In this document: positions 1-11,775 of the stretch, piece by piece
Layout of the letters: every line of letters begins with the position of its first letter
Numbering within the stretch: the stretch's first letter is position 1
DNA from: Podospora anserina
Lineage: Eukaryota
DNA: 64,000 nt
Reading direction: 5' to 3'
Assembly: GCA_017654855.1 (NCBI GenBank)
Contig: CM030334.1
Span: 1,240,001 to 1,304,000 of the forward strand
Notes under the pieces: model-generated
Seen by the model: the letters and a program-made list of their open reading frames with translations, nothing else
What the model was told of the DNA's origin: nothing
Databases searched by the model: none
Made by a program: the position numbers and the translations under genes

Positions 1-851
1 TAGATCGTTGGTACGTTTCCATAGCAGAGCTCCTTTACTTCCTCCGTCGGGATCACGCGATGGTTCCTGAAGTTCGTGATGCCCGTCTTTGCAAACGTAA
101 AGACGAGACCAAACTCGCGCACTCGGTATCCGTGGATGCTCATTCCATTTCCCTCCGCTCGATACACATCCTCGTCCTGGTCAAACCTCTTCCAGTAGAG
201 GCCTAATGTCGCCGTGAGCTCGATCAGGTGGGTAATGGTTGTCGTGGCATAAGGCCGACGTAAAACGGACGTCTCATCGAATGTGCGGATGGTACTTTGG
301 ACGCCGACAGCCAAAGTCGGAAACTCAAAATTGCGTGATATCCTCGAAATCCCACCAGCATTGACCCCTTCAACACTGCGCCACATGTCCATTTCCCAGG
401 CTATCGAGTCTCTCTCCATCCCTTGAATCGTCTCCAGCAACCTCACCCAAGACGCCCGCTCGTTATGAACTGTATGAATCTTTTTATCTCCGAAGCTCGA
501 GGGGCCAGGGTCCGGATCGTAGATCACTCTGGTATCCTCACAGCTCTGGCGCGAGCCATCGATATACCAGATCGGCTTGCCTTGAACAGGGCCGCGCGCA
601 TTGTTGCGAGGAGCGAGGAAGATGACCGGTAGCTCAGCTTCTGTCACGGTCCGTCGTCCCCGCGAGAAGGATAACAAGCCGTAAGTCTTCGTTTTTCTGT
701 AGTCGGCCCATTTGCCCATCATTCCGCTGTCCCAGTGGTCGAAGCCGGTGGGTTTAGAAAACAAATGGGCGGCAAGAAAAACGACCGAGACGATGAATGC
801 GCCAGCAGCTAGAATAATGGCGGCGATGCCGACGCCATCGGCCTCAGCCAT
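1..851 (-). CDS. Modin / MOD-A-like protein, 3' partial (runs off the window start)
   Basis: Open frame from ATG at 851 to the window edge, absent from the ORF track because it has no stop. N-terminal hydrophobic segment MAEADGVGIAAIILAAGAFIVSVVFLAAHL, then motifs I associate with fungal modins: HNERASWVRLL, RPYATTTITHLIELTATLGLYWKRFD, YRAEGNG, RVIPTEEVKELCYGNVPT. Confidence 0.7.
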   Translation of the reverse strand, partial: MAEADGVGIAAIILAAGAFIVSVVFLAAHLFSKPTGFDHWDSGMMGKWADYRKTKTYGLLSFSRGRRTVTEAELPVIFLAPRNNARGPVQGKPIWYIDGSRQSCEDTRVIYDPDPGPSSFGDKKIHTVHNERASWVRLLETIQGMERDSIAWEMDMWRSVEGVNAGGISRISRNFEFPTLAVGVQSTIRTFDETSVLRRPYATTTITHLIELTATLGLYWKRFDQDEDVYRAEGNGMSIHGYRVREFGLVFTFAKTGITNFRNHRVIPTEEVKELCYGNVPTI

Positions 852-1700
852 GTTGTGGTGTTAGATTCTAATCTTCTACACAAAAGCAGAGTGAACCACA
901 AGGGTGATTGCTGAGGTCGAGTCGTATGTCGCCGACAGCGACGTCAGACGCGGAGCTGGAGATATTCGAGGCGAATGTAGACAGAGGGCAGAAAGCCTTG
1001 ACGTCGGCGCCGTTGGAGAACTGATTGCGAGGGGTGATCCCATGTCGGTTTTGCAATGCCAGCGTCGCAAATGCAGGCTGGCAGCAAGGTTGACCGACCG
1101 ACACCAGATATGGTCGTGAGTATGGGTCTCGATGCTCAGCTGCAGGCGTTCCGTCCAATGAATGCGAATCAGCGAACCTCAATTGACCATAGCCCAGGTG
1201 CATTCATGCAACTGTGCCGCAGGAATCACTGGACCGCTCCAGCCATCGCAGCTCATGTTGGCGGCTATAGGTCAAATTGGGCAGCGACAACACATAAGAG
1301 GCCACCCACTTGGTTGTGTTACTCCCAGCCTTGCCTTTGGCGCATCCCTCGGCCACACCTCAGGGAAATCTGGCGCATGGGGTGTTCCCCTCTCTTCATG
1401 CGACCGTCACGCTCTGTTCTGGCGGAGAACTTCTCCTGGGACAGTACTACGCCTCCGCGTGCCCCCATCGCCATCATCGCGAATTGCGAACTCGACGAAG
1501 GTGAGGCCTTGCGTGCCTTTCACTTCGCTCTCCACCCTGTGCTCCAGACCCGCCATTCGATCTATGCACCTCTCCAGCAGTAACCCGAAATACCGCCGAC
1601 GCTCAGCCTAGGAAAGCCAATTCAGCCCATCTGAACACGATAGAGTGACCTGGGGCAATAGGCTTCGGTCTAATCAGCCCAAGGTCATTCGCGAGGCGCA

Positions 1701-3596
1701 ATGGAGGCAATCTCACTCTTTGGGACGATCCTTAGTATCATCACAACTTTCCGCGATGCCTTCCCGTCCCTCGCTTCCGACGCGACCGATTGGAAGAACT
1801 ACGAATTCTTCGACCGCGCTCGCTGGGTGAAGTTGCTCAAGATCATAAAAAACATAGAAAAGTGGCAATGGCGGTGGATGGTGTATTCCGAGGAGGCGGG
1901 ACAGCAAGGAAGCCTGCAGTCCAAGTTCTGGGGCTCTTCCGCTTCTGAAATAACAGAGCACGTCAAGTGTATCCAAGACGAGGTGGCCAAGCTGCAAAAG
2001 CTGCTCAACACTCGCAGGATTGACCGGGGAGGAGGTTGTTTCGGTGTCTTTAGGAAAAAGGGGCGGGATGTCTTGTTCCGATCGGGAGGCAACATAAACA
2101 GAATCCTCGAAACCCTTGACACGCTCGTCTTGGGCCTGGATACGATGAGCGACGAGGCCTACTGGCGTCTCTGGAGACGTCAAGATTTTGGAGAAAAAGA
2201 ACCACGGCCACCCGAGACCTCGGCTCTGCATCAGTTTGGACACCAGCACCACCTGGTGAAGCTTGCCATGCACACGTGGTTGACGTCCAACCAGCTTCGG
2301 GACTGCTGCTTGGGTAGGGGACGAAAACTCGAGTTGGATATCGAGCTCGACCTCTTCTTTCGCCAGCGCCCGCATGACGGGGTAGAACCAAGATCGCAAG
2401 TGATTGCAGAAGCATCTCAGACCAAAAGCCTCGGCTACACTCTCCTAGTCAGCCAACCAGACTACATGAATAGGAGAAAAAGAATTCGCCTTACCCCAGA
2501 CCCAGCTCGTGTGCCCGAGAGATGCAAGACGCTTTTCTCCGAAGCCTTCGACGTCGTTTCCGGTCATGCGGGTGGCGGTGAAGCAGGGCTCGAGCTGGTA
2601 ACAAAAGGTCAACGCGTAACCATGAAGCTAGAAGAGCTTCAGAACGTCGTTGGCAACCTACCAGAGCCTACATCACTGCGCAGCCAACTAAGCTCGCAAT
2701 CAGCGAGGGAGTCCTTGGACGACCCAGTACGCAAGATCGATCATCAAATATGGAAAATGAAGCGAGCTTTCCACATTTCCGAGTTCTGCTTGCTCTTTTT
2801 CAAGTCCAAGTGGATGAGTTGGGTATGTAGCTGCAATATCCAGGAGTATGACCTTTCGTCTCTCGACACTACTACCAACAGCACGTTCCTCGTCGACCAG
2901 CGGTATCTGTTTGCGGTTAAAGGCCTTAGCAGTGACGACAAGGATGTGCCGCCAGCGGCTTGCGCTGCGGCACCAGCCACACCGAATGGGTCGGGCAATG
3001 GGACCGCGACGTTGAAGCCATGTTGGTGCCAGTCGAAGCTGAGCGATGATCCAAAGGACAAGAATGTGGCCTCGAGTCTGCAAAGATACCCCCTCTTCTC
3101 ACTGGGGTTGATCTTGGTCGAGATTGGCTTGGGACGCCCGTTACAGGAAATCCAGGTCAACAAGGCTGTTGTTGACGTGAACTCGATATTCTTCGGATAC
3201 CACGACTCTTCGACCTCGGACCCAATAGTCAAGAAATCGCTCGAAGAATTGAGGCCGATTTTCAACGATGTCTTGGTTGACGACGACGACGATGAAGACA
3301 ACAAGAGGGCGAAGAAAGCAGGAAGCGACTTCTATTCCGCCGTCAAATTCTGCCTCAAGTCGAGAGACCCACCAGGTGTTGACAAGACAAAACTTGAAGA
3401 ATTCTTTCTAGAGGTCGTGTGGAAGTAAGAACCCCTAGATACTGTACTGTGTGCTGTTTCATGGTTCTCTGAATGCTGACCAAATCACGGTAGGTTGCAC
3501 AATATCCATAAAGACTTGATCGAACAGCGCGATGAACTCCTGCGTAATAAAGGCCAGCAGTTACTGCCGAGGAAACAGACACAGCAGGAGGCATAA
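1701..3596 (+). CDS. Uncharacterised protein with HeLo-like N-terminal helical domain and kinase-C-lobe-like (DUF7580-like) C-terminal domain; 2 exons (1701-3424, 3494-3596)
   Basis: 575-aa ORF plus intron 3425-3493 (GTAAGA...GCTGAC...TAG), giving VVWK|LHNIHKDL...QEA*. N-terminus MEAISLFGTILSII...KWQWRW...KFWG; C-terminus YPLFSLGLILVEIGLGRPL...YSAVKFCL...FFLEVVWKL. The gene is well supported; the domain calls are by resemblance only. Confidence 0.6.
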
Positions 3597-4023
3597 GTAG
3601 ATCAAGAGATGAAGGTATGATGAGCTTGGGTGGTGTTGGGAAATGAGAATTCCAACGGGCCTCTTAATTTGTATCTAAGTCCTGCCACCTGATTGGCTTA
3701 CACTCTGATAAGATAAGGCCCCTCACCGCGGGGTGCACCATGGCGGGGCAGGCGGTCAGACGTGGCATTTCGACCTGTCAATGGACGAAGCTTCCCATTG
3801 AGTCATCGAAACCGTAAATGGAAAGAACCTTGATGAATTAAATTTGGAGAACCCTCGAGGCCCTGAAACGTGCATCTTTAACCCTGCCAAATCTTAGCTC
3901 GAGTCAGACCCTTCCCAGCACAGACTTAACACCAACAATCGCATGCTTAGACGCATCCCACTTCCACCCTTCTCACTCCATACATTCTACCGCCTCATCT
4001 ACCAGCACATTTTCCACGACATC

Positions 4024-5088
4024 ATGGCTACCGACGAAGAAACAAAGCCCGTCTCTACGGACCTCCCAGTCCACCCCAAGCCCCAAAATGAAGACTTCGA
4101 CATCGTCGCGACCTACCGCAGCCTTCTGTCGTCAGACAGGGAAATCACCATGCCCATTGCCGCCATCGAGTCCCTAATCGAGTTCCTCTCCATAACCCCC
4201 TACGTAACCTCGATGGAGCTCGTCGAAAAGGTCAAGCACCAAAAGGCCCTCCTCCTCGCCTCGGCCCCGAACCCCCTCCCCATCCTCGCAGGCGCAGATC
4301 TCTTCGAGCAGTTCCTGCTCCGGTCGCTTAGGCCGCCACCGGCAGCATCCTCCAGCTCCAACCTGACCGAGCCCATGTCCTTCGACCAGACTCGCGAGCA
4401 TCTCGTAGCCAACAAGCAACTATTTGCTCAGCGTGCCCAAGCAGCAAGGGACAACATCGCCATCTGGGGCGCCCGTTACGTCTCAGACGAGAAGATTGTC
4501 CTCACCGCTGGCGGGTCAAGAACAGTAACCAAGATTCTTCTGAGGGCGGCGACAGACCAGTCAAAGCACTTCAAAGTAATCTACATTACCGAACCAACCA
4601 ACACCCGCTCCCAAGCGGCCGTGGATGAGCTCCGCCAAGCGGGCCTCGAAGTCGAGACAATCGTCCCCAACAAGGTCGCTTATGTTCTTGCCAACCAAAA
4701 GAAGATCAACCTTGTTCTGGTGGGGACAGAGGCCATCATGCAGAATGGAGGTATCATCTCCGGAATGGGCACCGCTCAGCTGGCAGCTTTGGTAAAAGCC
4801 ATCCCCGGAGGAATGAAGAGGTTTTATGTCGCGGCAGAGACGCACAAGATTGTGAGGAAGACGCCGATCGCGTATCCAATCGTGAAGAAAATGGGAGTGA
4901 GGCAGAGGGATATCACACGCTTTGAGAATATTGGCGTGGATCTGAACAATGAGCTGGTTAAGGAGCAGCTGCTTCAGGAGAGTGATGAGGTGGACTATAC
5001 GGATCCGGAGCTGATTGATGGTATTATTACGGAGCAGGGCGTTAAGATGACGTGGCAGATTTGGGAGTTGGTTGATGATTACATATAA
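4024..5088 (+). CDS. GCN3: Translation initiation factor eIF2B alpha subunit-like (divergent), intronless
   Basis: TMPIAAIESL, AGADLFEQF, LTAGGSRTV, VGTEAIMQNGGIISGMGT, FYVAAETHK, VDYTDPELIDGIITEQG. Likely start is MATDEETK at 4024; the ORF is open from 3943. Confidence 0.85.
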   Translation: MATDEETKPVSTDLPVHPKPQNEDFDIVATYRSLLSSDREITMPIAAIESLIEFLSITPYVTSMELVEKVKHQKALLLASAPNPLPILAGADLFEQFLLRSLRPPPAASSSSNLTEPMSFDQTREHLVANKQLFAQRAQAARDNIAIWGARYVSDEKIVLTAGGSRTVTKILLRAATDQSKHFKVIYITEPTNTRSQAAVDELRQAGLEVETIVPNKVAYVLANQKKINLVLVGTEAIMQNGGIISGMGTAQLAALVKAIPGGMKRFYVAAETHKIVRKTPIAYPIVKKMGVRQRDITRFENIGVDLNNELVKEQLLQESDEVDYTDPELIDGIITEQGVKMTWQIWELVDDYI

Positions 5089-5299
5089 GGTAGTCAAATC
5101 ACTTGCATGGGCTGTTTTGGGGGTATCGTGATGGGCGTTCAGGTTGGGAAAATTAGGGTAGGTTTATGACCGATGGGCCTTGATCTGGCTAGCGAAGGGT
5201 TAGAAGTAGGATTAAATACCCATTTGTTTGTTTTGGAGATGTTTTTTATCGTGTTTCGTGGATGGATAGACATTGTGACTGATACGAAGCACTGGATTT

Positions 5300-6460
5300 A
5301 AAGATGGTCAGTGGCTTTGGGAGGTTGGTCGACAACGCTTTGGGGAGAGATCATGGGCAAGCTTGCTTTCATTCGACGCTATCAATTATCTTTTTCCAGG
5401 TCCATGATTTGACATGACAGCTCTTGTTGTATCTTGGACATGATAGCCTCATTTCGCATCTCCAATAATCATTGAGGTTAGCTCCTCTTCCTGTCGACAT
5501 CATTCCCGTCCAGCTCTCTTCGAGTTTCTTCGTTCACCTTTCTCTCTGATCTACCAGCCGCTCGTAGGGTTACAAGTCAGCTTGCCTCCAGCTTTTTCGT
5601 CTAGACGAGAGACAAGAGTTGAAAGGCTTGGTTCATGCCAGTAACGGATCAATCAGACTGAGCTCTCCTGTGCCTGACGCGGGTTAGGGCAACTCATAGA
5701 CGGGTTGCCGGCAGGTGCCCTGTGTATTCCTGTGGTCTTCTTGCGTGAGGAAGCAGCAGCAGCTTTGCAAGTAGTCCCGAGTCTTGTTCGGGGGGAAACA
5801 GGTCGAATAGATGGTCGGCGTTGCTTTGGTGGGTTCGATGGGAAGACTGTCGAGGATGCTGACGAGTCACCTTGAGCATCTCACCCGGCTGTGAGTAAGA
5901 CTGGCTTTGGTCTGGTAGCGCCAGCCCTCGCCTTCTGCTCAGTGGCCACGAGCAGGCGGTTGAAAGGAGGATGGGGATCTCAAGGTGGAAAGACAGGAGC
6001 TAAAATGGTCCGACGCAGCCACCGATCGATCCACCATCAAATTCTCCCCCAAACGGGCTCTGGTCAAAGCAACGCAAAGGCGTTTTCCAGCAGCTTCCAC
6101 CTGCAACTGGGAGACACCTGGTACCGGATGTCGGGCCTAACATGCCCTTGAAATGGTGCCCTTTACTTCGTCTGCAGGGGAAGCAGCGCTCTCGGAACAG
6201 ATGGTCGGCCTTCTCCTGGTTGATGTGGAGGACAGACTCGCAGACGCACACATGATATCCTCCTCAGGGGCTGCGGCGGTCCTGTCTGCGCGCTCCATCA
6301 TTGAGCGCGAGGGTAAGGTAGGTTGGACCCAACAGGCGGCGCTCTTCGGGCTTGGAAACGTCGAGAAAGACAGAACCCCGCGAACGGAACTCCCTCGTGA
6401 GAGTACCACCTTCATTGTCGGGTCCCTTTCGGAGCACCTCGAAGAGAGCCATGTTGGTAC
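5300..6460 (-). pseudogene. Possible decayed gene, unknown family
   Basis: ORFs 6264-6593 and 6000-6251 are in the same frame, separated by one TGA (..DRRSP*GGYHVCVCESVLH..). Further protein-like, stop-broken fragments continue to ~5300. Boundaries approximate. Confidence 0.35.
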
Positions 6461-9099
6461 CTAGGAGAGCATGCTTCAGTGGGCTCTTCGCTGCTTTGAC
6501 GGGGCGGCGGGAAGACTCTGACTCTCCCGGCAACGGACAAGACGGTAGGTAGGTCCATTCGCTTATATACCCACTTAAAGCTTTACACTCCATTAATAGA
6601 TGTCATGACCTGCGAGCTGTGTTTTTGGGGTGATTGAAAGATGCTTCCGGCTTGATAATGGGCCTTGAGGCGTTGACTTTGCCTCCCGAGGCAACATCAT
6701 CATCAACCAAACCATCACCCCTCCTCCTCAACCTCACCCAAACCTCGCACTTCTCTACTAGAATGTTGACATAAAGCATGTAGCTTTGACTGTAGATATA
6801 TCAATTACCGGTATGTTGTTGTTGGCTGTATATCGGTTCGTCCTGTTACTAACATGAATGCCCGTTGGCTCAGGTTGGCCGTGTCTTGTAAGGTGATATG
6901 ATCAGGATCGTTCGGCGGGGCATCCGCTTGGTTACTGGCCGTGATCATCACGAAGGCGGAAGGTATGCCTTTCCGAACCTGTTAGTGTAGGGGTACCAGA
7001 CCTCGGCTGTTAGCTGGACCAGTCGGATGGAGATCTTGCTTTGGGCGGCATGATTCCAACTTGACGGCTGCGATGCAGCGGTGTGATGTGGGCCGCAGGG
7101 CGAGCTCTTGAATTATCACCTGGCAGAGATCATGTTTCTGTTATTTTGCACCCTTTGCTGTCGAGAATATGGTGGGCCAAACTCCGGTGATTTGTCGTGT
7201 GGCTAGTCTGATGTCGACCTTATGATGTGTAGGTAGGCAAATAGGTATTCAGCTGTGGTGACCAGAATTAGTGGGCAAGGAAAAGAGATCAACCATGTGG
7301 TGATGTATGTAGTATGTGTGATGGATGATCAAGTTATCTATAAGCAAATATTCAGCAGCTCAAAAGTCAGTATTCGAACAGGACGATCTATATATAAGGT
7401 GTTCCATACTTCCCACCTTATCTCCCTGTCTTCTACCCCTTCTCAACCACCCTCTTAAATATTATGAAGCAGGTCCAAGCCACTCTGTTCGTTACATCGC
7501 AAAAAAACTCCTAACTCCAACAACCAAGTCATCTCTCTCTTGAAACATTCCGAACAAGCCTCGATCACGAACACCGTCCAACAATAAATGACCCACATAA
7601 CTTCAAAATCCCGTCGTCGTCGTCGAGGGTGCCGGCTCCCAAGCCGGTCAAATGGCTGTATCTGCTCGCCATCATCCACGCTGTTTGGTTTTGAATATTC
7701 TGCTTGAATCTTGTTGGTGGGTCCCCATGGCCAAGGAGCCTTCTTGACTTCTTTACCAGGTATGTTTGGGCGCAAGAAGTTGCCACCACGTGCTGCCAGC
7801 ATCACTCTCGGGTGAAAAGAAGCGCTGCCGCGAGAGACGACATGCACGCGGGGCAAGAGGTAGGTAGATTGGTCAATCCCCTTGCGGGCGACTCGGACCC
7901 GGAGAGAAGGTGAAGTTGCTCTTTGGTTTCGTCCCCGAAGTAGGGGCAGCCCATTCCACTAGGGTAGGTGGTTTATCTGAAAGCAGTCCAGGTGCTGAGC
8001 CTGAAGGTTCATCCCAGCGCAACAGGTGTATTTCCCTGTCTGGCCCCCGGTCATCCCTTCGAGTCGCTGAAGCGGGTTGATGCCGGCAGGGTCATGACAA
8101 CTAGGTAGACACAAGTTTGGATCGATTTTCTTTAACAGTACCATTCAAACTCATGAGTGCGGGGAGTCTGATCCAGGCAGAGGTAATGTCAAAAAGCCAT
8201 GGAACCCAAGGATGGGTTGGGGAGGCTTTGGTTGTCGTGACTGTTGAACCAGGCAATATCCCGCAGGCCCAGAGACATAGTCAAAGTCTCCATGGGCTGC
8301 GCAGTCGGGTCATCCGGCTTTTTTCTCGCTCTGGACTCCAAGGTGGCAAGCATAGTGGCTGGCGTTGTCCTTCCCGGGAGACGGCCTTAAACCATGGATA
8401 CCAGTTGGTGACACAGTTGTTCCCATCCATGGTAGTAGGGTGTCATCAGCTGGTTTTCGTCATCTGCTCCGGCTGGGTTTGTTCGACTGTGAATGGCTTG
8501 GTAGGTAGGTGTCGCCAATGTCTGGGTTGATGGTGATGGTCCCTGGGACCAAAACACGGTAGGTATAAATGTGCTCCTCGGTCATCTGGGTATTCTTTCT
8601 GGCCCGACGGGAGAACAAGTCAAGTTTCTCGAAAAAAGGGATATATATAATCGTTGTTGCGACTCCTCTTCACTGAAATCTTCCCCTCGCTGGCACCGTC
8701 TGCAGAAAAAGCAACTTGTACCACCGCCAGGCACTTCGCCGTACTCATGGCCCTCAAACCGGCAGATCACCCCTGCCATCATCCCCAACCTCCACGGCTT
8801 CGCCCCCATTAGCACCTGCTCCCGGAATGAGAACTCCAGCAAAAGGACGACTCGGGCTTGTTGGGATCATCTTCTGGAAGGACAGCGCTATACCGGGACA
8901 GGAGGATTGGTCGCATGACAATCGCGATGCTCTCGGCTCGGTGATGGAGTATCGAGCGAGCTTACGACGAGCGAAGCTGGCATGAACTTCTCGACTGCTC
9001 CCGCACACATCCACCTCATCGCCACCACCACCACCAAAGCCCACCCCAAGCAGAGGTCAAACAGCAATTCCCAGCACATTCTGTAAAAAGAGGAATATA

Positions 9100-9950
9100 T
9101 ATATATAACACCCGCACGACCTATGACGCCGAGAGAAGCCAAACGTTTGAGCGTGTGGCCTTGATCGAACGTTGGTCCGTCATCTTTGCGGGCAAGGATT
9201 GAACGACGACCGATGAAATTTGTTCACACTCCCCCCACAACATGCGTCGGTTTGCTGCTCGGACAGTCGGCGCTTGTGAGAGAAAGCCAGGGAGAAAGGT
9301 TTGGTGGTTTGTCCAATCGAAGTCCCCTAGGTTGTTGGGATCCCGAGATCACTTAAGCTGTTCGCGCATCCAATCGTGAATGGTTTCCCGGGGGATTGGG
9401 TACTCTGGGAGCAAAACGTTGTCCTTGGTCTTCAACTCGAGTCAGCCCGGCGCAGTTTGGACACTGTAAACTTCCATGGCTGGAGTGCCGGAGGGCCAGA
9501 GCCTTGGTGTGGTAGGATAGCGCCGGCAGTCGATGAGGGTAAAATTTTCTCTTGGCCGTGGTGGCTGTCCGTTTAACATGTGATTTTCACTTCTTGAAGA
9601 CAGCAGCATTCATGCCGGACTGGTGGTAGGGAGTGGCGGCTAGCTGGCTTCACATTCGGGCGAGGATACGTTCTCTCCATCATGTCGATCCGCTTTCTAG
9701 AACGTGCCTGTACTGAGTAGCTGGCGATGGGTAATACAGGTAAGATGAAACTGAGCAAGGGATGAATCTCTCCGCGGTCGTTCTTCTTGAGGTGTGTGAA
9801 TATATATAAGAAAAGTCCAGGCAAGTCGTCTCCCACAATGTTGAGCCACAATTGTGTCGATGTTTTTGGCCAGCAAAGGATCCGTGGAGGGTGTGTAGGG
9901 CAGCGGCCTAGGAAAGTCGCTGCCGGCGAAAGTGAGGTCACGAAACAGGT
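9100..9950 (-). pseudogene. Possible decayed gene, unknown family
   Basis: Protein-like reading with internal stops (..EVYSVQTAPG*LELKTKDNVLLPEYPIPRETIHDWMREQLK*SRDPNNLGDFDW..) downstream of ORF 9573-9941. Boundaries approximate. Confidence 0.3.
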
Positions 9951-10484
9951 GAAAACTGATCAAAAAACAGTATTACAGAGTTGTAGTTGTTAAGTTCTGA
10001 GTGTAAAAAGTAAACGGGAAAACAGCCATAAAGCAAACACCAGGTGTGGGGTCTGGTGAAAGGTGGGCCTTGCAGGTGCCCACAGGGTGCTATTCAAGCT
10101 CAAAGGTAATGAGGTGGTTCGTCAATAAGGTCAGGTGGTAGGTATCTCTCTGAGTGTCCGACGGCTCCGTGATTTTTCCCGACTGCCGCTTTCGAGCTCT
10201 ACAATCTCAGATGTCAGCAGACACACGGGAACATGACCAAGTGTAGCGCCCTTACCTTCAAGAATTCGCGTGTCGCGGTGTCCACCTGGACATAAAGTCC
10301 GGGTAATTCTCAGTCTCCTTGATATAGAGACTTGTGAACTGGTGTCCAGGGAAGAGCTAAGAGACTAGGAAGGTGGGAAGGGTGTCTCCGCAAAACAGTC
10401 AGTCTATGACCCGAAGTGAGATTCAAGCTATGGTTCTAACCTATAGGATATGGTAATTTGTGTGTCCATCTCAAGTCGAGTGAG

Positions 10485-11775
10485 TTAGGTTCTCGCCTCG
10501 TCCATTGCTAAGGTTGGGCACTGGTCAACGAGGTGCTGCCCGTGTTTTTCATGTTGTTCTGGGTCCCAGGAGCACACGGGATATCTGACGACACAGGCGC
10601 CAGTTTTGACATCGACGACAAGGTATCCCAAACGGCAAAATATGCCCATAGGTCTGGGTAGGTATCCGATCAGGAGAAACATCAAATGATTAGTCTGTTG
10701 GACAGTCCAGGTGTACCAAAACTCTCCACCCTTGTAGGTATCCTGCACACCAGACTGAGAGGCTCTGCGACGGCACTGAAGGAGGCCAGAGCCTAGATCT
10801 GACAGGTCGTCCTGTCTTCGATGAGCCTAAGGTATGGGGGTATCTCGCCGATCGTTGGTGTTTTCCTCCGCCTGTGTACCTAGTTCAGTCAGCCAACACT
10901 GCATCAAATCGAGATGTCACCGTCCAAACTCACAGCGTATAGCTCCATACCCTGCTGCTGAGGAAAGCGGTTCAAAACTCAATGAGACCCACCAGCCAGG
11001 CGCGCGACAACCCCTTCTTCAATCCGCCAAGCAAGGTAGGTACCTATCTGGCATGGAATCTGAATCGTTCTGACAAACTGGTCAAAAGCAAAACCTCATC
11101 TTCCAGTGGGCCAAACACAGGATCGGAGGTTTTGATGATCCCGCATTCAAGTAGTTGCTCAATACTGAAGTCTCTCCACTCAGCTGGGAGAAGGGGCGAA
11201 TTGGCAAGTTTCCGCTGGTGGTTGGTTGCCCGGGAATCCAATGTACTACTCTCGAGGGGGGCATCTCCAAAATACACACGAAAGATGGTGTCGAAACTGA
11301 GACGATGGTGCCCTAGTCTTGGTGAAATCTTCTTTAGGTCGTTTGGGGTTTGCCTGTCTGGTCTGGTTCTGTCCACACAGGTAGCGAGTCAACCTGCTGG
11401 CCCATCAACCAGTCGAACCACTCTTCGCGCAACGGTCTCTTTGGCGCTCTCGCTTTTTCTGACGGAGTAGCAGTGGCCTTTAGGAGGGCTTCAGGTTCTT
11501 GGGTTGCCCTCGGACGGGTCACGCGAAGGATTGTCTCCAAAGCTCATCTCGAATGAATCCGAATGCCGGCGAGATTGCGCGACGGTGACGGCCTGGGAGA
11601 GTGCAAGGGCTTTGTCGTTCATCTTGTACGTGTTGTCAAGACATAGACATTGGCCCGGACGGGCTCCCAGGCTATGGTTGCGTCGGAGCGGTTGAACGGG
11701 TGCGTCGGAGGAGGCTCTAATGACGACGGCACGGTGAGGAGCCTGGTATCGGGGTGAGCACCACGTCATCCTCAA
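10485..11775 (-). pseudogene. Possible decayed gene, unknown family
   Basis: ORFs 11491-11775 and 11044-11376 share a frame and are separated by TGA stops. ORF 10485-10748 continues in a shifted frame with protein-like composition (GEFWYTWTV..LGYLVVDVKTG). Confidence 0.4.

Noticed and set aside
860-1700. Overlapping 60-175-aa ORFs in the spacer between the modin-like and HeLo-like genes
   Set aside because: No recognisable motif or consistent splice pattern; treated as shared promoter/UTR sequence.
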